From: Dimorphilus gyrociliatus
Taxonomy: Eukaryota > Animalia > Annelida
NCBI GenBank assembly: GCA_904063045.1
Contig: CAJFCJ010000005.1
Coordinates: 1,813,988 to 1,877,987 of the forward strand
Reading direction: 5' to 3'
DNA: 64,000 nt
In this document: positions 1 through 12,000 of the stretch, in pieces
How the letters are laid out: every line of letters begins with the position of its first letter
How positions within the stretch are numbered: the stretch's first letter is position 1
Translations under genes and position numbers: made by a program
Notes under the pieces: generated by a model
Databases searched by the model: none
What the model was told of the DNA's origin: nothing
The model's input: the letters and a program-made list of their open reading frames with translations, nothing else

Positions 1-744
1 GCTTCCACCTTCACATGCCCAACCGAGAGCGTTTAGGCCGCAAGCCTTGATTTGTACATCAGCCTTATAGCTTAATAATAATTTAACGATGTCATAGTGT
101 TTGTTATAGCAAGCAAATAACATTGGTGTCATTCCTCTCGAATTCTTTGAATTAATGAGATTCCTACACCGTTCGTCGTATAGTAAGCTTCTCATTGCTT
201 TGAAGGCGCCTTCTGTCGCCGTTGCATGTAAAATATTCTCAGAATGATTATCTTGTATTGTAGGATCGGCTCCCGACCTCAACAATAGATCAACAATCTC
301 ATCGTAATCCGCCCTTGCTGCCATAAAAATCGGCGTCCTGCCAATCATCGTTCGAGCATTTATATCTGCGCCAGCTTTCAAGATCATCCTTGCACATTCA
401 ATATTATCTCTTGTGCATGCCCAATGTAAAGCGGTAGCCCTAACTCGGAAATTGGCCTTATTAACATTAGCTCCGTGCTTTAATAGTTCTTCCACGACAT
501 TATCGTGACCATTTCTTGCAGCTAAGATAAGTGCAGTATTACCATTGGAATCGTGAAGATTAGGAGCGCATCCATTCGATAGTAACGCCCTTGCAGGACC
601 ACTATAACCCTTCCAAGCTGCGACATGAAGAGCTTTAGCCATTTCATCGCAAGCTTGATTTTTACTGGATTGCAGTAGTTTGTTTACTCCGTCTGCATCA
701 TCTCTTCTAACTAAGCCAACTAAACGACTATTTTTGTCCAAATT
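1..744 (-). CDS. Ankyrin-repeat protein, partial (runs off the window start; first exon unresolved)
   Basis: Open minus frame from an AG acceptor at 745-746 to base 1. It reads ...ALHVAAWKG...GNTALILAARNGHDNVVEELLKHGANVN...TALHWAC...GRTPIFMAAR...GMTPMLFAC, i.e. several ankyrin repeats. Absent from the ORF track because no stop lies in the window. Confidence 0.85.
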
Positions 745-1115
745 CTAATTAGTATATATGTTAATTACGTTAAGAACTTTTTCCTACCTCATTTCCATTG
801 TTTTACTTAATTGACAAGATGAGCTAAACTGATACAAAGCCATTTTTAAAGCAAAATGTAATAATTTTTCACCTTTTGCAGATCTACTGCACTACGTATA
901 TACTATCTTATCTAGGTTAAGGTGAAGGTTTAAAAACACGAAACTACAGTACCAAAGCTGATGATATATATTTTTGATTAATTTTTTTTTAATAAAAAAA
1001 AAATGTAACAAATTTTTATATCAAAAGATTTATTCTATTATATGGAATAAGTTAAATTTAGGTTATATTTTATTAACAAATGAGTAAAAGTTCTCCTTTT
1101 CTCCTTCATTAATTC

Positions 1116-2623
1116 TTATAAAGATTCTTCTGTATCTACTTCTTGATATTCTACTCTTTCTCTAGAGTATTCAATTTTAGATGGATTCTTTGTCCTTCGG
1201 AACCAGACAAGTATACCAACGGAACATATGACCACCAAAACGAAAGTGGAAATAGTTGCAACCATTTTAAGATCTACTGTTTGTAGTATATAAAGAATTT
1301 GTTTGTCTTCCATAGCCTGTAAATTCATAGAGAGGAAAAGAGAATGAGAAAGAATAAAGTATATATTAATCTATTAATCTAATTTCAACTTCTTAAGTAC
1401 AGTATGGAACCTAATTGCAACAATTAAATTATGTCAACATTACTTACAGATGGTTTAGTCATTCCTAATGCTTTGCAATTTGTAGAGGTAAAATTACAAT
1501 ACGTTTTATAGTAACTTTTCTCCTGTTGAAAAAATCCTTTCCATTGCCTAAAACTGCAAAAAAAAGGAGAAAAGGAAAAGGAAATTTACCAACAGCATTC
1601 CGATTAAATAACGTTAGGGGATTCTTTTAATTAACCTTTTTAATAAATCCATACGATGATTACATAGTTTGCAAAGGCAATGTATTTGTGACGTCATCTG
1701 GGTAATATATTTATTATATTTTAACAAGTATTAACGAACAATGAGAACATTATAAAGATATAATACCATAAAGCAATCCTTTTGGCAAGGCTTTTGTAAT
1801 TTTGATGGAAGGCAGGTCCTCTAAAACAAATATGAGAAAAGTTGTTGATTGAAAGTGATTAATAGGATGCTTCATAAATGATTAGGATGAGGGGGAAGGG
1901 TAAAATGTCAAAAAATGACTTACATTAGCACGCGTTCCATCCACCATTGTCACATGCATAATTCTTCTTACTGCTGTTTGGCATTGATTGTTGAAAACTC
2001 TTAGCGAACATAGAAATGATAAAGATTCGATTGTAAGATGAGATTCCTTTATAAATATTACAAACAATATACTAGTATATATATATATATATACAGTATA
2101 TACATTATACAGTATATAAAAATTTATATTAAATTTAGTAAAGATAAGATAAATAAGGAAATTTTTTGTTACAAACTTTGCTGATACATTGTTCTTGAGA
2201 AGATGTAAGATTATTTAAACAATCCTGTTTGTCACATAAATTTATCCATTTGTCTGAAAAACTATTTGCCGTTTCTAAACACCATTCACCCTCAGGACAT
2301 TTAGCCTTTATTAATGACAGCATAGAACGGTTGTAGATGATATTATTGACATCTAAAAGGGTTAGATTGACACTAAAGTCGTTTAATAAAGCTTTATCCA
2401 TTGGGCAAACTTGATTTATTTTAATAGATCTGTTGCAATACTTGAAAGGTGGGCTTTTACGAACACCAACCAATCTAAATGGCTTAAAGAAAGCCTCCTC
2501 AACAAATATAGCTCCTCTCCGTAAACTTCCAACGGTGTAGATAAACAATAGGAAACCGAATAGTAGAAAAGTTATTACTAAAATCGTTCCTTTAACCTTC
2601 AAATTGGACGTTTTCTTCGACAT
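1116..2623 (-). CDS. Uncharacterised Cys-rich membrane protein with N- and C-terminal TM segments (about 6 exons)
   Basis: ORFs 2135-2647, 1882-2067 and 1116-1328 join in frame through GT-AG introns and short exons (CISK|ESHL..TRAN|RTCL..CFM|MTSQ..LLK|SFRQ..KPS|AMED). First ATG is at 2623; the ORF-track start is TTG. Confidence 0.6.
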
Positions 2624-2782
2624 TCCAAAGCAAAATAGTTTAACCAAGAGTTTATTTAAAAAAAATTAAAAGAAATATGCACAAAACATATGGTATTTAA
2701 TCGATTTGGGTAAATCGATTTCGTATATAAAAACTATATCGTTTTAAATATTTCTTAAATAGAAAAAATGTTATCTAATCAT

Positions 2783-4015
2783 TCAAAAGTTTCTTCGACT
2801 TTTCATTTTGTCTATACCGATATCTATTTTAACTCTACTGGAGTTGATTTTCTTCCTTGTTGCCTTTATAATTGAATGAAGAGGATCTTCTGATGCTTTC
2901 TTTATTTCTATATCCAATTTTTCTTCTTCGCTTAATCGTCTTCGTTGCATTGATGCCAGAGTCGACTCTCCGAAACCTTGATTTCCCTTTACTATTATAA
3001 CATTGTCTGTTACATTGTCGTCGGGAAGAAATAATATTGATATATATATTATAGGAATTAGCTTTACTATTGCGACGTCTAATAACGCTAACAGAACGTA
3101 AATAGCTACTACGGCTAATGGTTCGTTTAGATTCTTAATTTTCTCTTCACAACTAGTTTTATATATAGTTAAATCATAGTTGTGATTATAATGCGCATGC
3201 GCATAATCATTTAAAATATCATATCGAACGCAAGGTCTCAACACTTCAGGGTCACAGCATGAAAATGGTACAGCTGCAAAGCTATTAATTGTCGGCAATT
3301 GGGAATGCATCCACGATTCTCTGAACCAATCAGTATAACTTTCGTAACCGCAACACCTAAATTGGTTGTAATAGATTTCAAAAATTAGTAGTTTTAATGG
3401 TAGAATCACCTTAATTACTCGCTTAAATCTTATTTGTAAACGATCAATTTCTTGCTTAAATTGTAATTCATCCTTATATTTACTCATTCCCGCCTTAAAT
3501 CCTTCACCTAAGAGGGTTTTTATCCTTGAATACCAATAAATGGTAGAACCTATTAAGAAATTATATATTAGGTTAGCCGTTAAATAGAATAATTCAATTT
3601 ATTAACCAATTCCTAGAATACAACCAAAAAAGAGCACTATAAATATAAGTTTTAATATCCTTATGAACCGAAAGCAGGCTTTTCTCGTCTCCAATGTTAA
3701 AACTAATTGGAAGAGAAAGAAACTTGGTAAATGAACTATAAGATGTAAAGTAATGACAGTAATATCGGCTTCAAAGGCAAGCATAGCTCTATCTTGACCT
3801 AAACTACTGAAACTATCCGTCCTTTTTAATTCTTTTATCAGAAGATATCCATTTAGAAGACTGAATAAAATAGATGCCATATGAGCAAATATCACAAAAG
3901 TTATCCTATTGACTCTCATATTCTCAGTGATTCTATAGGAATCTATTGAGCTTTCGTCATTCTTATGTAAAGCTTTGACATCCTGAAGTAGGCTGTCTTT
4001 AGAGAATAATGCCAT
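2783..4015 (-). CDS. Peripherin-2/ROM1 (RDS)-like tetraspanin, 3 exons (4015-3607, 3549-3423, 3356-2783)
   Basis: Four hydrophobic segments. EC2 reads IDRLQIRFKCCG..DWF..VPFSCCDPEVLRPC..C, matching PRPH2 IDMLQIEFKCCG..DWF..VPFSCCNPSSPRPC. Confidence 0.8.
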
Positions 4016-4478
4016 TTTTTTTTTGCTATTCTATTTTTAAAAAAAGAAAAACCATGTAACAATTTTTAAAAGCATTTCTCTTCCTATCTTTCTTAAATAT
4101 ATGGCGCCATCTATTACTTTTTTCAAAATAACAACTTTAAGCCTATCTAAGGAATGTTATTCTTCTACTTACGACTATAAAGTAATAAAATTTAGTATAG
4201 ATTTGCGAAAATTAAACAAAAAAGGGATTTGTATAAGTTTTTCCTTGTCAGTAGTGTATCTTTATGTTATATTAACGAAAATAGAAACTTTCACTTTGAT
4301 TTGGATTCATTTTCTATATAAAAAAAGAAGAAAAAAACAAACAAACCAATAGGGAATTTTTAATATAGACCACCCATAGGTTGTTTTCTTTTTACTAGAC
4401 ATATTTGATTGTTTTTGTTTTGCTGACCGTCATTGTAAATCATTTCTCACAGCACAAAAAATAAAATTGTACACAAAA

Positions 4479-4496
4479 CACACACACACACACACA
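4479..4496 (+). repeat. (CA)9 microsatellite
   Basis: Direct reading. Confidence 0.9.
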
Positions 4497-4747
4497 TATA
4501 CATCACTCTGCGTTTTTCTAATTTGTTTGTTTTGTTATTATTTCTTTTCAATGGACTAGAAAGAAGTACGCAGGAAGAACAAAAAAAAAGCGGCGGCAGA
4601 TAATTAAAAGAATGAAATTATAAAAATAGTTATTAAATTGACAAAAGTTTTAAAATAAAAAGAAAAGACTTCTAGGAGGAGAAGAGTTAAATTTTCTAGT
4701 TTAAAAATGAGGATTATGTTTGGTTTTTCTTATTCGTATTATTCTTT

Positions 4748-5329
4748 TCATCTAGGTTTTTTTAGTGATGCTGGTAGGGAAAATGTTGATGACTTCACCG
4801 GTAATTGGGTTGCTTTGGATACTACTGTGCAGATAGGATCTATAAGGCTAGACTTTTCGACGGCCGAAACTTCGAATAATCGAACTTTCTCTTCGCTAGC
4901 CCATTTTTGAGCCTCGTGAAATTGTACTTTTCTGGCGTTTTGTATATCGCATTTTGTACCTAGCGTCACCAATGGGGCGTCTCGTTTCTCTTTTTTACTA
5001 TCTATATCGTTTCGTAGCTTTTTCATTAATTCGTAGGAACTTGGCGTAGTGACGTCATAAACAAGTAGGTAAGCATCGGCGATCGAATACAGAAATTTAG
5101 GTAGCGATATATTTTCGTTAGTTACTCCTTGAGTGTCAAAAAATCGAACACGAACTTTTCTCTCATTTTCAATTTCCACTTCAGCCCAAAAGCTATCTTC
5201 TATTGTTGGCAGAAACATCTTACCGTCTTTTCCTACAGCGTTAATATTGTAAATAGCCTGTAAGAGCAGACAGGTTTTACCAGAGTTTTTTTCTCCACAA
5301 ATTACCACTTTTATGCTTTTATTCACCAT
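4748..5329 (-). CDS. NKIRAS: NF-kappaB inhibitor-interacting Ras-like protein (kappaB-Ras), single coding exon
   Basis: KVVICG..GKT, PTIED, RFFDTQG, ADAYLLVYDVT, LGTKCD, LFEVSA motifs; no CAAX box, as is typical of NKIRAS. Confidence 0.88.
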   Translation of the reverse strand: MVNKSIKVVICGEKNSGKTCLLLQAIYNINAVGKDGKMFLPTIEDSFWAEVEIENERKVRVRFFDTQGVTNENISLPKFLYSIADAYLLVYDVTTPSSYELMKKLRNDIDSKKEKRDAPLVTLGTKCDIQNARKVQFHEAQKWASEEKVRLFEVSAVEKSSLIDPICTVVSKATQLPVKSSTFSLPASLKKPR

Positions 5330-5948
5330 TGTTTTCTCTTATGTGATTGATAAATCATCTGATTTTGAATGTCATAAACAGCTGATTGGCTGTTGACGGC
5401 ACTTCTCACCTACAAGTACGCCCATTTATTTACATTCCATCCACGGAAACATCCAAAGATGTGACGTAGAGCAATACCATAGAGGAGCAGCGAATATTTA
5501 CTGCGGAACCGATACTCTAATTCCCATAGAAACGAATCCTTAAACAGGGAAATTAAAGATTTAATCTCCCCAGTGTGAGCTGATATTTACACTTTATAGA
5601 TATATTTCATGTGACAATTTAATAATTAGTATATCAGTTCTTTTTGATAGTTATCAATTTTGCATAGATTAAATATAACTTTTTGGACTAAAGATAATCG
5701 CTGTAGTTAATATTCAACGTAAAAAAGTATACTATAAAGCCAAATAAGAGCTCACTCTTATGGATTCATTATCAGATAAATCAGCGGTTGTTAAGATCTC
5801 TGTCGATAAATCCACAGGAAATTACGATTTACTATCCCACTACAAAGAATCGTACAAAACAATATATAAAAGTTTCAGGCCCGCTATGTAGATGGCGACA
5901 CTTTATTATTGAAAGAAACTGTTAAGCCTTTATATATTTTACTTCATC

Positions 5949-5961
5949 GTTGCCTAGTAAC
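5949..5961 (+). promoter_or_regulatory. RFX X-box about 100 nt upstream of the CFAP74 ATG
   Basis: GTTGCCTAGTAAC fits GTNRCC-N0-3-RGYAAC; a further TAGCAAC half-site lies near 6031. Confidence 0.6.
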
Positions 5962-6060
5962 AAACTGTTCGTTTTTCGTCTGTCTGTTTATTTCGCCGGA
6001 AAATTTAGGAAAACATAATTAAAACTGTATAGCAACATAGAAAAACGAAATAAACAAAAT

Positions 6061-9000
6061 ATGGATGAATTTTCGGATGTAAGACATTTTGAATTAGTTA
6101 CTTTCGATAAATTATAACTTTGACCTGTTGTGATTAATTTAGGAAGAGGAGTATGAAGTTAGTGATGATAAAGAAAATTATATAATAGAAGACAAATCAG
6201 CGGATAGCGATGAAGAAAAATCGCAAAAAGCAGACAGCTTTGATGATATATCGAGTGTAATGTAGGTTATTTGCAATCAATTTAGACAAAAAAGCTATTA
6301 TCCTCAATTTATCAATCATTTCGATTCTAAGATTTTATAAAGTTTTATTAGTTTTTTTAGTTAAAAGTTAGACTAATGCAAAATTTTTAGGACAAATAAA
6401 GAGGAAGAAGATGATTCAAACAAGATAAATCACCAGGAACAGGTGAAAATGATCCATGCAAGAAGATTTCTTGAATATCTTTCAAATAAAGTGGATGAAA
6501 AAGAATTTGAAGTTTCAAAAATTTCGTAAGTTTCGCAATCGTTGAAAAATCAACTAGAATATCGAAGATTTTCAACTTTTAATGTGGCTAACTTTTTTTA
6601 GACACGAATTAAAGAAGTGCAGGGAAAAACTTGGGGAATTAGAAACTGAACGAAACGATATATTGAATGAAATCCAAAGCGAAGAAGATGCAGGCAATAC
6701 ATCGAGTATTAATCGTTTAAGAGCTAAATTTCAAAGATGTCAAGAAGAGCTTCACAATGAACTAGTTGTCGAAGAAACCATAATGAACTCTCTTCACGAT
6801 GCTGAGTAAGTTTTCATTCATAGAGATAATCTTCTATCGTTTATATTCTCTTTTACGACTAATCATTATATAGAATGGATTTAGCAAAAGCAGTCGTTGA
6901 AAAAGGAAATCATCAGATTGTTGATTTGAATTTACAAGAGAGAGAAGAACTATTAGATAAGCAAAAGGAAGATGCCGCAAAAGTGAGATTACGTAAGGAG
7001 AGGTCGTATGCAAAATCAGCAATAAATGCAGCAAAAAAAGAAGAAAGGTTTCAAGTTTTATTTTCTTTTTTTAATTAGAAAATTTAATTAAAACTCTATT
7101 AAATTCTTTTTAAAAGAGAAAGAATGGATATGAGAATACAAGCTGAACGAGAACAGAAATTAAGAGAAAAATTAAGTTTGGACAGTCATAATAAACATAA
7201 GCCATTTTTGCAGAAAAGCATATCAGAGTCAGTTGTTTTCTGTCTTAATATTAGTAAAATGATAACAGAATATTCTAATTTTACTTGAAATATAGAATTA
7301 AATTGAGAAAAGATTTTGAAGAAAAGGAACGAATGCTCCATCACGAAACAAGGATAAAAAATATTACGAAATTGAAGAAGGATATTACTCAAAATAAGGA
7401 TAATTTAAGAGCTTTGAGAAATCGTGACAAAGCTTTTGAACAAGAAAGGGAAGAGAGGGAAAGAAAGGAGTTGGAAGAAGTTGTGTACGCTGGTGGCAAT
7501 GCGCTAGAATTTAAATTAAAGGACCAAAGAAAAAAGGATATGATACAAGATAGAAAGTAAGAATTCACCCTTTTCAATTTGATTGAGTATTATCTATAAT
7601 ACTTTACATGTTTTATAGAAAATTTGAAGAGCAACAGAATAAGAATCATATGGAAATCATGAAGAAAATATTGAAAGAAGAACATACTATCGAAGTAAGA
7701 AAGAAGCAACTTCCTTACCTCTTTGAAACGAGAAAATCAAATGAGAAAAAGTTTGTCAAACCAATTCCGAGGAGAAAGCTTCAAGCTTTCGAGAATTATA
7801 TTAAACTTACAGAACCAACGCCTGAACCTGCAAAACTTGTCCAAAGAGAAGAAGCAGAATCTTCCGATAGTGATTTCGAAATTGAAACTGGATACAACGT
7901 AGATTATCTTTTAAAACCCGCTTCGGATGATGATAAAGAAATTTTAGCCAAACCAGAATTCGAAGGATTATGGGATGTTCACAAACGTTATTCCGTGCCA
8001 ACAGGAGAGAATGAAGAATACAAATTCAATTTGAAAAATGCAACTAAAATGGAAAAGAAAATTCTACAGAAAGTACTCGAGAAGCACAGAGAGGGAAGAG
8101 TTATTCAACAAGTTGCTGCTGGAAAAGAATTTAAAGCTGTAGGATTCTATAGTAAACCATCTGTTATACACTTTAAGGATTTTGATGTTGGGAAGACCTA
8201 CAATAAAAAAGTTATTCTAACAAATGTCTCGTACTCATTGAATTACTGTAAATTGATAGACTTTACAGAAAGATTAAAAGATTTCATTAAATTATCGTAA
8301 GTTTCAACCGATTTCTATTGAATTTTTTTAAAAGAACATCAAACTTAAATGTTAATTTCTTCATGTAGATTTGATCCACCAGGACAAATGAGCGCCGGTA
8401 TGACTTGCGAATTAAACGTTACTTTTAGCCCAAAAATTAATGAAGATTTGTTTGGAGAAGTAAAATTTTTAGCTCAAACAGGACCATTTTCAATTCCATT
8501 GAAATGTACAACTAAAAAAGTTGATGTATGTAGAAGAAGATAATTTAAGATTAAAGATTAAATAATATTCCTTTCCCTTTATTGTAGTTATCGGTTGATA
8601 CTAATCAAATAGATTTTGGTACATCAGTCATCGGTGAAAAGCTAACGAGACACATTACCTTAACAAATAAAGGAGCAAAAGCGACTTTTTACCATTTTAA
8701 TAAGATAAACCGTAATTATTCTTATCTTTTATCAATTAATTAAATATTAATTGCTGTATTTATTATCATAATCTAACTAGTACTGAAAAAAGATAGACCA
8801 TCAACAGTTGAGACTTCACTAGGTGGCGTTGTATGTATATCTTTTTTTACATTGCAACTATTTTTAAATTATTTGCTTCAATTATAATTTTGAAGTCAGG
8901 GGAATTAGAGCATGATAATGAGGGGGAAAATGAAGAAATCACCATCAAAGTCGAGTCTAGTAGGCCTTCTTCTAAAATTGAATCCCCTGAAGAAAAGGCC

Positions 9001-12000
9001 GCAGATGAAGGTAGCAATAAAGAAGAAGAAATGGAGGAGGAAGAGTCGATAGTAAATGAAGTTCAAGATCAAGTTTCTTCTCCCCTAGCTTCAAATAGGG
9101 AAGAGGAGGAACTTGACGATATAGACGGTATGAAAGTTAATCCTGACAATATAACTGGAGAAATAGGACCGTTTGGTTCGGTTAAATTGACGATTATCTG
9201 GCAACCGTTGTATCCGGGAAGTTTTAGTTCCGATTTTGTTTTGAATTTTGACGAAGAAGAGGCAGAGAACATCACCGTACAAACAACAGGCAATGCAATT
9301 GACGTACCCGTTTATCTTAAAAGAGAGACTGTCGATATGAAAATTTGTATGTTTGATAGACTTTATCAAGAAACTATACACGTTTATAACAGGTAAGATA
9401 TAAAATTAAATGTAAGCCTATTATATAAGAAATTATTTACAAACAGAGCATCGTATGCCCTAAAATTAAACTTTGAAGTATGCAAACCTATGAGGAGTTT
9501 TATGGAACTTTTACCAAAAACTGGTTTCATTCAAGCTCATTCAACATTTCCGGTGCAATTAAAGTTCTTACCAACGTATGTTTTCTATCTACTGTACTGT
9601 TTATTCATATATATAAACATTTTATTGTTTTATTTAACTTAGAGAACAAATGCTAAACTGTCCTGCGGATCTATTGAACAAAGATTCAAACGTTTTTGAA
9701 TCTCTTATGACTATACGCGTTGCAGAGCAAACTAGGCCTGTAAATTTTACAGTTACAGGAGTAATAACATCATCAGATATAGTTATTCAAGAGCCATCTA
9801 TTAATTTTGGTTTTTGTACAATTTATGAATCAGTTAAAGCTGTTATTCATTTAACAAATAAGAGTATTCTTCCTCAACAATTCGGATTCTGTGGAATTCC
9901 AGAAGTATGTTTTTTATTGTTTGATCTCTTATTCTTACTAGAAATTACCTAAATCGATATAATTCATTATTCTAGTTCGTTGATATACAACCTAATGATG
10001 GTTTTGGTACTATTCTACCGGAGGAAACTCTCGAATTAGATGTGATTTTTAAAGCTCAAAAAGCGTTTGATTATAAGTTTGTACTCAACTGCAAAACTCA
10101 CATAGGGAGGTAAATAGTTAAAACTTTAAACCTAGTGATTATTTAATTAAAGTATCTTTTTCTCTTTGAAGAGTTTTTTCAATAAAATGTCAAGCTATTG
10201 GTGTGCATCCACCTTTGTGCCTCAGTCAACAATTGATTCATATGGCTGCTACGCCTTTATATGACGTTTCTGCTACCCATTTCCATGTTATTAACGAGCA
10301 CAAGAGCTCTAATGAATTTACACATCCAGTTCCAAGAATTGGAGCTAAAGGCAAAATTGCACCAGTGGGACCAACTTCCTTCGAATTCCTTTTACCAAAA
10401 AATTCTCCTATTTCATTAGCGCCTTCTGTTGGTACAGTATTGCCCGGAAAGGTTAATAATTCTCTGCATATTCTGATAAAAATATTAAATATTTCTATTT
10501 TTATTTAGAAATGTAGAATTCACGTCAGGTTTGTTCCTCGTCTTACTGATGAGGAAATACGAAAAGAAGCTGTTCGTATGGTGACGAAACGACTGGAAGC
10601 AAAGGCCAAAGAAGAGTATGAAAGGAAGCTTATCGAAAGAGAGAAAGAAGAACAGCTGGAGAAGAAGATGGCGAATGTTAAAGGTGCTAAAAATACTAAA
10701 GCCTCCCCTAAAGGAAAACAAAATAAGAAGCAAGACGATAACACAAAAGATATAAGTTTACAAGGTCCAGCACCAGTTAATCCTCCTACAGAGGACGAAA
10801 TCGATCAAAAGTAAACTCTATTAGGCGAAACTATCAATTATTTTCATATCATTTCTTTAATGTTTTTACAGTTCGGACGACTATGCCGCAGCCATTACTT
10901 CATTATTACGTCAATTTATGGGCTCATTTGAAACATTCACTATCCCATGCCACATAGCATCAGGATCATGTGTGAAAAAACCATCAAATTTGAGTTTCGA
11001 TGCAAGAAATACTCTTTATGTAAAAATCCATTGTCCATCCATAAGACCTGAGCTGGTTGTCATATCCGATAGAGGGCGATTTGTATCTGATTTCGGACAG
11101 GTTTCGGTCGGTTTAAGCCATAGTCGAGCCATAACAATACAAAATATCTCAAACGAGAGAATAGATCTGTCTGGTTCTATATTGGATACATCAGGTCAAT
11201 TGAGAGTAGTTTAATTAACCCTTCCATGTCATTAAAATTACCAAATTCTTCAGGTCCTTTCGGCATAATTAATGCTCTTCGACCACTTGATCCCGGGTCG
11301 TCTCATACTCTACAAATTTCATTTTCACCGAGTAAGGAACTGATCTTCCAAGAGGAGCTAAACCTAAGCACAGCAAAGTCATCATTGAGACTAAAACTAA
11401 AAGGTCAAGGCGTTTCGCCGGTTATACGTTTAAGTATACAAGGCAATCTTTTGAATATGGGTGCAGTTCTGGTCGATGAGTACAGGGAAGAGACATTTAC
11501 AATGGAGAACGCTTCATCGTTAGACGTTCGATTTAATATTAAGTTGGATAGTGTTTCGCCCTTAAGATTTTCAAAAGCCCAGAATTTACCAAAGTTTGTC
11601 AAACACGAAACCTTGAACTTAATAGGTGTTCAGAACATGAAAGGACGCCGAGTTTTCGATTGTGTGCCTGCCGATGGTGTTATAGCGCCAAGAGAAAAGA
11701 CAGAAATAACTGTTACATTTGCGCCAGATCATCAAAGCGACAATTTTTCCGATGGGGTACGAATTGAACTGTTCGATGCCGATGAATGCCACGCCTTTGA
11801 AATTCGAGGTCAAGCTAAAGCAAAAATTATGTACATGCAAGGGGGTGACGCGGTAGGTCCAGAGATTGAGAGTCTTGCCGCACTTCCAGTATTAGAGTGT
11901 GAAGTCGAAGACAAAGGTACGTAGAAGACCTTGGTAACAAAACAGATAAAACCTAAATTATTTCTAAAAAAACAAGAGCACCAGTTTGAGAAAAATATCC

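Noticed and set aside
788-798. ATGGAAATGAG|GTAGG as exon 1 of the ankyrin gene
   Set aside because: Splicing to the acceptor at 745-746 is out of frame with the ankyrin repeats and stops after 11 codons; the true first exon is unresolved.
4101-4352. 83-aa ORF upstream of the tetraspanin
   Set aside because: Low-complexity AT-rich translation with no recognisable motif or splice support.
6387-11840. Many minus-strand ORFs inside CFAP74
   Set aside because: Antisense shadows of coding exons with no independent motifs.
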